Origin: Actinomycetes bacterium
GTDB taxonomy: Bacteria; Actinomycetota; Acidimicrobiia; Acidimicrobiales; Ilumatobacteraceae
DNA length: 64,000 nucleotides
Direction of reading: 5' to 3'
Assembly: GCA_021414085.1 (NCBI GenBank)
Contig: JAIOPC010000011.1
Coordinates: 128,914-192,913 of the forward strand
The position numbers were made by a program, and so were the translations under genes. Under the pieces are notes generated by a model, which saw only the letters and a program-made list of their open reading frames with translations, was not told where the DNA came from and made no database searches. This document shows, one piece after another, positions 19,981 to 26,874 of the stretch (its first letter is position 1; every line of letters begins with the position of its first letter).

Positions 19981-20007
19981 GCGAGGCCTGAGCAGGGGGC
20001 CACCCAC

Positions 20008-20274
20008 ATGCATACTGAACTCACGTCAGAACCACAGACCGATTGGCAAGACAAGGCAAACTGCCTCGGCGTCGACCCGGATCTGTTCTTCCCCGAGCGT
20101 GGTGCTTCCACCCGCGAAGCCAAAGAGGTCTGCCGCGGCTGTGTCGTGCGCACCGACTGCCTTGAATACGCGCTCGTCAACGGCGAGAAGTTCGGCATCT
20201 GGGGCGGCTTGTCCGAGCGCGAGCGTCGTCGCTTGCGTCGTCAGCGCTCGCAAGGTGTTCGCCGCACCGGCTGA
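20008..20274 (+). CDS. whiB: WhiB-family transcriptional regulator (WhiB/WhiB2/WhmD-like)
   Basis: C-x(n)-CxxC-x5-C cluster and FGIWGGLSERERRRL. Close to Streptomyces WhiB (FFPEKGGSTREAKKVC...ECLEYAL). Confidence 0.92.
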   Translation: MHTELTSEPQTDWQDKANCLGVDPDLFFPERGASTREAKEVCRGCVVRTDCLEYALVNGEKFGIWGGLSERERRRLRRQRSQGVRRTG

Positions 20275-20325
20275 CTCGGTCGGCCTGCCTGGAATTACCA
20301 GCGATTACAGCGTTAGCATGTGTGC

Positions 20326-20520
20326 ATGTTCGCTGCAGGCTTCGGCCCTCCTGAAATTGGTCTCATCCTCGTCATCGTCTTGGTGCTGTTCGGCGGCTCG
20401 CAGCTGCCCAAGCTCGCCAAGAACCTCGGCAAGGCGCAGAAAGAGTTCAAGGATGGTCTGGCCGCGGGCCAGAGCGAGGCCGGCAAGTCTGCCGACGCCA
20501 CCAAGTCCGCTGAGGACTGA
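20326..20520 (+). CDS. tatA: twin-arginine translocase subunit TatA/E
   Basis: Short TM helix followed by the amphipathic motif LFGGSQLPKLAKNLGKAQKEFKDG. The ATG at 20326 is preferred over the GTG at 20320. Confidence 0.88.
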   Translation: MFAAGFGPPEIGLILVIVLVLFGGSQLPKLAKNLGKAQKEFKDGLAAGQSEAGKSADATKSAED

Positions 20521-20548
20521 GCTAGCTCGTCACCCGAACTAGTCGTGT

Positions 20549-20567
20549 CGCGTCAGACGCTGACGCG
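20549..20567. terminator. short stem-loop between convergent tatA and whiB-like gene
   Basis: CGCGTCAG-acg-CTGACGCG forms an 8-bp stem spanning the whiB-like stop codon. Confidence 0.3.
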
Positions 20568-20825
20568 GCGACGCTTCAAGATGCGGCGACGCTCGCGCTC
20601 GCTGCAACCGCCCCACACGCCGTGCTCGATGCGCTGATCTAGCGCGTACTCGAGGCACTGCCCAAGCACCGGGCAGCCGTTGCAAATCTTGCGTGCGCGG
20701 TCGACGCCAACACCATCGCTGGGGAAGAACGTGGCCGGCGGATAGTTACGGCAGTTACCGCCGCTCATCCACGCGGTGGCCGAGTCGGCATCGACTGGAA
20801 TGGCTGTCACGGAAATCGGTTTCAT
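20553..20825 (-). CDS. WhiB-family transcriptional regulator (second paralogue)
   Basis: NCRN...CNGCPVLGQCLEYAL...GVWGGCSERERRRI. The ATG at 20825 is preceded by GGGAGA. Confidence 0.88.
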   Translation of the reverse strand: MKPISVTAIPVDADSATAWMSGGNCRNYPPATFFPSDGVGVDRARKICNGCPVLGQCLEYALDQRIEHGVWGGCSERERRRILKRRRVSV

Positions 20826-20950
20826 GCGCGTCTCCCTTGTTCTCCGCGATCGGGGGATCGCGGCTGGTTGTGCGCCCGCACTGGACCGCACCACCTTTGC
20901 GTCTGACATCTACGAACTACGACGCTGTAACCCGTGGTTTGGTTCCCGAA

Positions 20951-21001
20951 TTCCGTCATGTTTAGCACCTGACAGGGTCATGTTACGAACATATGACGGA
21001 A
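20951..21001. promoter_or_regulatory. CATGTT repeat cluster / imperfect inverted repeat upstream of the second whiB-like gene
   Basis: TTCCGTCATGTT (20951-20962) versus AACATATGACGGAA (20988-21001). A direct CATGTT copy lies at 20979-20984. The ATGTT-acg-AACAT palindrome lies at 20980-20992. The region is locally AT-rich. Confidence 0.35.
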
Positions 21002-21023
21002 CCGCAAGCTGATGTGCTGCCAG

Positions 21024-21740
21024 TCACACGTTGCCGAGGAACAGGATTTCGCCGGTGACAACCGCCGAACCGGCTGCCGGTTCGATAGTGATGCCCCACT
21101 TTGTGGGTGTTCCAGAGAGGCTGAGGATCCGACGCACATCGCCGCCCTCGGCCGAATCCAGCATCCGCGTGGCCTGAGCTCCAGTGTCATTGATCAACCA
21201 GAGCTCGTACACCAGGCCATCGTTCGGCGATACCAATCCGTCACCGATGACCGCGGCCTGCTGCAGGCTGGCCGACCATGCGACATGAATGCGGCCGCTG
21301 GTTGTGGCCGAGGTGGCCTCCAGGTCGACCATGCGCACGTCGGGCTCGGCCAGAACCTGCTCGAGCTGCGAGGCAAACGCATCGTCGTCCTGCGAGCCGC
21401 GGCCAACGACGTAGGAGGTAGTCGCCACAATGAGCAATACAGCAGCGGCCGCCGCTAGCCACGACACGCGTCGTGGCGAGGCACTGTCTCGGGCGGCGAC
21501 ATGGGGCGAGAGTTGGCGGGTGACGGCAACCTGTTGCAGGACGCGCGCCTTGAGGTCCGGGGGAGGGGCAGTGACCGACAGTTCTCCAAGCGCGGCAACG
21601 GTGGCCCGAAAGTCGCGAACGTCGTGGCTGCACACTTCGCAGTCGTGGTAGTGGGCTTCGAATGCGATGCGCTCGTCGGCGTCGACGGCATCGAGGGCGT
21701 ACGCCGCGGCGAGGTGATGGAGATCGAGTTCTGAGCTCAT
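21024..21740 (-). CDS. rskA: anti-sigma-K factor RskA-like (ZAS-type N-terminus, one TM, extracytoplasmic domain)
   Basis: N-terminus LHHLAAAYALDAVDADERIAFEAHYHDCEVC contains the H-x3-C-x2-C motif. TM helix VSWLAAAAAVLLIVATTSYVV. The start overlaps the sigma stop (ATGA). Confidence 0.85.
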   Translation of the reverse strand: MSSELDLHHLAAAYALDAVDADERIAFEAHYHDCEVCSHDVRDFRATVAALGELSVTAPPPDLKARVLQQVAVTRQLSPHVAARDSASPRRVSWLAAAAAVLLIVATTSYVVGRGSQDDDAFASQLEQVLAEPDVRMVDLEATSATTSGRIHVAWSASLQQAAVIGDGLVSPNDGLVYELWLINDTGAQATRMLDSAEGGDVRRILSLSGTPTKWGITIEPAAGSAVVTGEILFLGNV

Positions 21741-22363
21741 GAGACATCTGCTCCTAATTCATCGCGTAAGCGAATCATGCCGTCGCGAATTCTTGACTTA
21801 ATGGTTCCTTCGGCGACATTGAGTAGGGCCGCCACCTCTCGGTACGTGTGCGCACCGAAGTAGGCAAGCTCGACTGCCTCGCGTTGCGCCGGGGTCAGCT
21901 GACTGAGTGCCCGTCGGACTCGCGCTTGGTCGAATGAGGCCTCCACCGACTCGACGACTGTGTCGGTGTCGGCCACCCGTTTCTGAGATTCGTTGTCGAG
22001 GCGATCGCGCGCCGACTGCTCGGATCGCACCCGGTCCACCGCCCGGCGATGAGCAACAGTGGCGGCCCAGGCCTTTACGGACCCTTTCTGGCCATCGAAG
22101 CGCGGCGCGATACGCCACAGTTCAACGAAGACCTCCTGGGTCACTTCCTCGGTCTGCGAGTGATCGCGGACGACTCGCAGCACGACCCCATACACGTATG
22201 CAGCCAGCTGGTCGTACAGCGAGGCAAAGGCAGCCTGATCGCCGCGTCCGCAACGGATCAAGACGCTGGCAAGCGCATCGTCGTTGAGGGTCGCGTCGGC
22301 TGTCGCGCGGTCACGGGTGGGTACCGCACGCAACCTCCGCGAAATCGCCATTGGCTCCGTCAT
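21737..22363 (-). CDS. sigK: ECF RNA polymerase sigma factor (SigK-like)
   Basis: Region 2 (EEVTQEVFVELW) and region 4 (AQREAVELAYFGAHTYREVAALLNVAEGTIKSRIRDG). Paired with an RskA-like gene. Start set to the ATG at 22363. Confidence 0.85.
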   Translation of the reverse strand: MTEPMAISRRLRAVPTRDRATADATLNDDALASVLIRCGRGDQAAFASLYDQLAAYVYGVVLRVVRDHSQTEEVTQEVFVELWRIAPRFDGQKGSVKAWAATVAHRRAVDRVRSEQSARDRLDNESQKRVADTDTVVESVEASFDQARVRRALSQLTPAQREAVELAYFGAHTYREVAALLNVAEGTIKSRIRDGMIRLRDELGADVS

Positions 22364-22397
22364 AGCAAAGGTTCGTTGCCGTCGGTGAATTGGATTG
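22364..22397 (-). promoter_or_regulatory. ECF-type promoter-like element CAATCC-N15-ACGAAC, 7 nt before the sigK ATG (leaderless geometry)
   Basis: On the minus strand: ATCC(22395-22392)-N16-CGAAC(22375-22371)-N7-ATG(22363). The spacer shares CCG(A/T)CGGC with the plus-strand copy. Confidence 0.55.
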
Positions 22398-22402
22398 ATT
22401 CC

Positions 22403-22436
22403 CCATCCAGCCGGCCGTCGGCTCCGAACCACTCTC
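22403..22436 (+). promoter_or_regulatory. ECF-type promoter-like element CCATCC-N15-CCGAAC, 7 nt before the cupredoxin ATG (leaderless geometry)
   Basis: ATCC(22405-22408)-N16-CGAAC(22425-22429)-N7-ATG(22437). A mirror copy lies on the opposite strand. Confidence 0.55.
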
Positions 22437-22808
22437 ATGAACCGATCCCTTGCCCTGTTAGTGCTCATCCCTCTAGCCGGAGCGTGTAGCTCGGGTGACG
22501 ACAACAAGACCTCGGTCGACACGTCGCCGACAACCGCTCCGTCGGTGACGGTGGTGGCCGCGGAAACCGCCGACATCACAATCGCCGACTTCATGTTCAC
22601 GGCCGCCGAAGTCCACATCAAGGCCGGTGGGTCGGTGACCTGGACAAACGGCGACGATCAGGCGCACACCGCCACGTCGTCGGGCAACTTCGATGCCGGC
22701 GCGATCGACCCGTCGCAGTCGTCCACTGTCGAGTTCCCCGTCGCCGGCACGTTCACCTACGTCTGCTCGTTCCATCCGTTCATGAACGGCACCGTTGTCG
22801 TTGAGTGA
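22437..22808 (+). CDS. amicyanin-like blue copper (cupredoxin) lipoprotein
   Basis: Lipobox LAGAC. Type-1 Cu ligands: His in DDQAHTA, and C-x2-H-x2-M in YVCSFHPFMNGTVVVE, nearly the amicyanin C-terminus. Confidence 0.85.
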   Translation: MNRSLALLVLIPLAGACSSGDDNKTSVDTSPTTAPSVTVVAAETADITIADFMFTAAEVHIKAGGSVTWTNGDDQAHTATSSGNFDAGAIDPSQSSTVEFPVAGTFTYVCSFHPFMNGTVVVE

Positions 22809-22839
22809 CGCGTCGTTGAGTGACGCGTCGTTGAGTAAG
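22797..22839 (+). repeat. 15-bp tandem repeat x3 (GTCGTTGAGTGACGC) spanning the cupredoxin stop codon
   Basis: Two perfect units plus a third ending in TAA. Each unit carries an in-frame stop. Confidence 0.9.
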
Positions 22840-22887
22840 TCCCACCTACATCCCTAGCTACATCGCCACCCACAGAGGAGAACCAAC

Positions 22888-23529
22888 ATGCACATCACAA
22901 CCCGTCAACTGCGTCGGCTTGCCGCCGACGTCGATGATCTTCACCGCAACAACATGAAGACGTTCAAAACCGAGGCGGCCGACCTTCACCGCGATCTCTA
23001 CATCGCGCGCAGGTCCCTGGCCGATCTCGATGATCAGAGCATCGCTGGCTACGCACAAAGCGTCGAGCTCGCTGCCGTCGCCGCATACACCGCGGCTGCT
23101 CCGTTGCTGACCTCCGCCACGTTGCCCGTTGCAGAGCTGTTCATGTCGCATCACCAGCAACACGCCGATGCGTTCGGCGCCGTCGCTGGCATGCACGCAG
23201 TCACAGAGCCCAATGCGGCCCTGATCGCCGCCGTGTCACCTGCGTTGGCGGCGCTCACCGACGAGATAGGTGCCCTCGAGTTCGCCTTCGTGCTCGAAGG
23301 CCAGGCCGCCTACACCTATGCGGCTGCGCTCACTTTGTTGCAGGACCCGGCTTACGCCGCCGCCACAGCCACCATCTTGCCGATCGAGGCTCAGCACCAA
23401 GTCGTGCTCGGCCTCGCCCTTGGCAAGGACGTAACTGATGTCTTCCCGACCGGCGCCTTCGAAGCTGCCGCGCTTGGCGATGGCAGTGACCCGCTCAAGG
23501 GCCTCGACCCCGCCGTCTTCGCGGCCTGA
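22888..23529 (+). CDS. ferritin-like domain protein (no signal peptide)
   Basis: Paralogue of the next gene. Four-helix-type motifs VELAAVAAY, SHHQQH, LEGQAAYTY, IEAQHQVVL. GAGGAG RBS. Confidence 0.7.
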   Translation: MHITTRQLRRLAADVDDLHRNNMKTFKTEAADLHRDLYIARRSLADLDDQSIAGYAQSVELAAVAAYTAAAPLLTSATLPVAELFMSHHQQHADAFGAVAGMHAVTEPNAALIAAVSPALAALTDEIGALEFAFVLEGQAAYTYAAALTLLQDPAYAAATATILPIEAQHQVVLGLALGKDVTDVFPTGAFEAAALGDGSDPLKGLDPAVFAA

Positions 23530-23558
23530 CCACCACACGTCTCGAAAGGACACATGAC

Positions 23559-24392
23559 ATGAGTTCGAACAACTTGAACAACACGGAAATCCGCCGTCAA
23601 CTACGAGCGGTCGATCAGTTGAACACCTCGGCGATGCCGCAATGGCGCTCTGCGCTGCAGCGGCTGTTCACCGACGAGACCATCACAACCAACGAGCGTG
23701 CTGCTGCTTTGGGAGTGCCCTCGCCGAACCGTCGCGATCTGTTCCGTTTGGGTGGAGCGTCCATCCTCGGCGTTGCACTGCTCGCCGCCTGTGGAAGCGA
23801 CGAGGACTCGAAGCATTCGGGTACCGACGTTGCAACAACAGGTGCGACCACCGGCACTCCAACGACTGTTGCTGGTGAGCCCAACATGGACATCGTCCTC
23901 GCCAGGACCGCTGCGTCGTTGGAGAAGTTGGCGATCGATGCTTATGGCATCGCCGCTGGCCTCATCACAACGCCAGCCGTGCTAGCCGCGGCCACGATGT
24001 TCGCCGAGCATCACCAGATGCACCTCGACGCGCTGAACGGCGTGATCACCGGTGCCGGTGCCGCGGCGATCACGGAGATGAACCAAGCCGTCTATGACGC
24101 CCTGGTGGCACCTGCTCTCGCGACCGCGAGTACTGAGGCCGACGCAGTGAATATTGCGCTGTCGTTGGAAGAAGCGGCGGCGCAGACATACGCGTTCGCT
24201 AGCGGGACGTTGTCGACACCCGCACTGCGCTCGACGATCATGACCATCGGTGGTGTTGAAGCCCGCCACGCCGCTGTGCTGCGGATGGCTGCCCTCGCTC
24301 AGTCGCCGCTCGATGTGTTCCCCGGCGACCGTGGCTTCTTCCCCGGCGACAACCCATTGGCCGGCATCGATGGTGCTCTGATCACCGCCTGA
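23559..24392 (+). CDS. ferritin-like domain lipoprotein with Tat signal
   Basis: NRRDLFRLGGASILGVALLAAC combines a twin-arginine motif with a lipobox. Motifs AEHHQMH, LEEAAAQTY, VEARHAAVL. AAAGGA RBS 8 nt upstream of the ATG. Confidence 0.75.
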   Translation: MSSNNLNNTEIRRQLRAVDQLNTSAMPQWRSALQRLFTDETITTNERAAALGVPSPNRRDLFRLGGASILGVALLAACGSDEDSKHSGTDVATTGATTGTPTTVAGEPNMDIVLARTAASLEKLAIDAYGIAAGLITTPAVLAAATMFAEHHQMHLDALNGVITGAGAAAITEMNQAVYDALVAPALATASTEADAVNIALSLEEAAAQTYAFASGTLSTPALRSTIMTIGGVEARHAAVLRMAALAQSPLDVFPGDRGFFPGDNPLAGIDGALITA

Positions 24393-24424
24393 TCAGGTCA
24401 CCCGGTACCCGTTACGGGTGTCAC

Positions 24425-24467
24425 GCTGCCCAGTCCCTCGTGCCGAGGGCTGGGCAGCAGCCGTTTT
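24425..24467 (+). terminator. intrinsic terminator after the cupredoxin/ferritin-like operon
   Basis: GCTGCCCAG-t-CCCTCG tgc CGAGGG CTGGGCAGC is a 15-bp stem with one bulge, followed by GTTTT. A smaller hairpin lies at about 24399-24420. Confidence 0.7.
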
Positions 24468-24563
24468 CAGGCCGGTTCGAGCAACGCCGCCGCCGGTACA
24501 CTTGGCGAGTCCCGGACCATTAGCAGACCCCCGCACCAACGAGCGCGGGCGGTAGGAGTCATC

Positions 24564-24827
24564 ATGACCGACATCATCAACGAGCCACCACGAGCCCATG
24601 CGCGCATCGTGTATCTCGGGCCGGTGTCCCCGCACTGGGAGATCTATGGCGACTATGGCGACCGTGCGCTCGTCGAAGAGTTCCGCACACGTGCGTTGGC
24701 TCGCCTGGTATTGCTGCCACGAGACGACCCGCAGTTCCGGCGCAACCGCGAGCGCATCGTGCGCGACGCCGAGCGCGAGCGCATCAGCATCGAGTGGGTA
24801 CTCGGTATCCCCGAGACCAGCAGCTGA
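24564..24827 (+). CDS. small hypothetical protein, translationally abutting ppk
   Basis: 87 aa. Strong GGTAGGAG SD 6 nt before the ATG. The stop TGA is immediately followed by the ppk GTG. No domain recognised. Confidence 0.6.
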   Translation: MTDIINEPPRAHARIVYLGPVSPHWEIYGDYGDRALVEEFRTRALARLVLLPRDDPQFRRNRERIVRDAERERISIEWVLGIPETSS

Positions 24828-26870
24828 GTGACGGCACATCTCCTCAACCGCGAGCTGAGCTGGCTCGACTTCAATAGGCGGGTGCTCGCGCTTGCCGACG
24901 AGCCCGGCGTACCGCTGCTCGAGCGCCTGAAGTTCTGCGCGATCTGCTCCTCGAACCTCGACGAATTCTTCCAGGTGCGGGTGGCGGCGCTGAAAGATCA
25001 GGTGGCCGCTGGTGTTACGCAACCAGCACCCGATGGGCTTTCGCCACAAGCGCAGCTTGCGGAGATCGGCGCCGCGGCCGACAGGTTTGTGATTGCGCAG
25101 GAACTCGTACTTGACGGCCTGCTGGAACAGCTCGCCGCTGAAGGCCTGCGCATCGTGAGTTGGGCGTCGCTGTCCGACAAGGATCAGAAGTCGCTGATCA
25201 CGCAGTTCGAGGAACTCATGTTCCCCGTGCTGACGCCGCTGGCAGTCGACCCTGCGCATCCGTTCCCTTACATCTCGGGGTTGGCGCTCAGCTTGGCGGC
25301 AATGGTCAGCGACCCCGAGACGGGCGAGCGGCGCTTCGCGCGGGTGAAGGTGCCCAACGTGTTCCCTCGGCTCGTCGTGCTGCCCGACGGCAACCGATTT
25401 GTGCCCGTCGAACAGATCATCGCCGCCCAGTTGCACCGACTGTTCGTGGGAATGGTGGTCGAAGAGCACGCCGTCTTTCGTGTGACCCGCAACGCCGACC
25501 TGACGCTGGAAGACGAGGAAGCCGACGACCTGCTGGCCGCAGTCGAGATGGAATTGCGTCGTCGTCGGTTTGGCCGCGCGGTGCGGTTGGAAGTGCAACA
25601 GGGCATTAGCGACGAGATGCTCGAACTGCTGGTGAAGGAACTCGATCTTGAGATGCCCGACGTCACGGTGCATCGTCACCCACTTGATCTCACATGTCTT
25701 TTCCAATTGCACGCACTCAATCGCCCGAAGCTGAAAGACAAGCCCTGGCCACCAGTGACGGCCGGGCGTCTGCAACGCGCCGAGGCCCAAGACCGCAGCA
25801 TCTTCTCGGTGATCCGCGAGCGGGCGCTGATGGTGCATCACCCATACGAGAGCTTCGCCAGCAGTGTCGAGAGTTTCATCGCGCAGGCCGCCGACGATCC
25901 GCGAGTGCGAAGCATCAAGATGACTCTCTATCGGGCGGGTGGCGACAGCCCGATTGCACGCAGCCTTATGCGCGCCGCCGAGCGTGGGGTGCAGGTGGCT
26001 GTGCTCGTCGAACTGAAGGCGCGCTTCGACGAGGCAACCAACGTGGGGTGGGCCAAGGCTTTGGAGCGTGCTGGTGTCCATGTCGTGTATGGCCTCGTCG
26101 GCCTGAAGATTCACGCAAAGACCACGCTGGTGGTGCGCCAGGACGACGACGGGCTACGGCGGTACTGCCACATAGGGACTGGCAACTACAACTCCAAGAC
26201 GGCTCGCATCTATGAGGATGTCGGCTTTCTGACGTGTGACCCCGAGGTTGGTGCCGACGTCACGGAACTCTTTAACCATCTCACCGGCTACAGCCGCGAG
26301 GTGCGTTTCCAGTCGCTGCTTGTCGCGCCGCGCTATATGCGCGGTCAATTGCTCGACCTCATTGAGCACGAGATGTCCTTCGGCGCCGAGGGGCGCATCA
26401 TGGCCAAGCTCAACTCATTGGCTGACGAGGAAATGATCGAAGCGTTGTATCGCGCCAGCCAGGCTGGCGTGCGCGTCGACCTGATCACCCGCGGTATCTG
26501 CTGCTTGCGCCCCCAAGTTCCGGGACTGAGCGAGAACATCCATGTGCGCAGCATTCTCGGTCGCTACTTGGAACATTCACGTGTTGTTCGCTTTGAGCAT
26601 GGAGAGCGCAACGGGCCACTGTTCCTGATCGGCAGCGCCGACTGGATGGGTCGCAACCTCAATGGCCGCGTGGAAGTCTCGGTGCCGGTCACTCATCCCA
26701 AGCATCAAATGTGGCTCGATAAGGCGCTGAGCTTGAATCTTGCCGACGACGTGGTGCGTCACGAGCTCGATGCAAACGGTGTGTGGCACCGTCGCGGTCC
26801 CGTCAACTTCGATGAGGGTGATGCGCAAGAGCGCTTCCACCGGTGGGTTATCGAAACCCAAAAAGCCTGA
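24828..26870 (+). CDS. ppk: polyphosphate kinase 1
   Basis: N-terminus LNRELSWLDFNRRVLALA. Autophosphorylation His in KIHAKTTLVVR. Two PLD-like C-terminal domains. Confidence 0.95.
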   Translation: MTAHLLNRELSWLDFNRRVLALADEPGVPLLERLKFCAICSSNLDEFFQVRVAALKDQVAAGVTQPAPDGLSPQAQLAEIGAAADRFVIAQELVLDGLLEQLAAEGLRIVSWASLSDKDQKSLITQFEELMFPVLTPLAVDPAHPFPYISGLALSLAAMVSDPETGERRFARVKVPNVFPRLVVLPDGNRFVPVEQIIAAQLHRLFVGMVVEEHAVFRVTRNADLTLEDEEADDLLAAVEMELRRRRFGRAVRLEVQQGISDEMLELLVKELDLEMPDVTVHRHPLDLTCLFQLHALNRPKLKDKPWPPVTAGRLQRAEAQDRSIFSVIRERALMVHHPYESFASSVESFIAQAADDPRVRSIKMTLYRAGGDSPIARSLMRAAERGVQVAVLVELKARFDEATNVGWAKALERAGVHVVYGLVGLKIHAKTTLVVRQDDDGLRRYCHIGTGNYNSKTARIYEDVGFLTCDPEVGADVTELFNHLTGYSREVRFQSLLVAPRYMRGQLLDLIEHEMSFGAEGRIMAKLNSLADEEMIEALYRASQAGVRVDLITRGICCLRPQVPGLSENIHVRSILGRYLEHSRVVRFEHGERNGPLFLIGSADWMGRNLNGRVEVSVPVTHPKHQMWLDKALSLNLADDVVRHELDANGVWHRRGPVNFDEGDAQERFHRWVIETQKA

Positions 26871-26874
26871 TGCT

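Noticed and set aside
22797-22839. 15-bp tandem repeats (here and at 10204..10248) as a CRISPR or minisatellite array
   Set aside because: There are only three directly abutting units with no spacers and no cas genes. One repeat spans a gene end and the other is in-frame coding repeat DNA.
24393-26114. 573-aa ORF antisense to ppk and to the small upstream ORF
   Set aside because: It lies opposite a gene with unmistakable PPK1 motifs. Its product is Arg/His/Gln-rich low-complexity sequence with no recognisable motif. Long stop-free antisense frames are expected in high-GC3 coding DNA.
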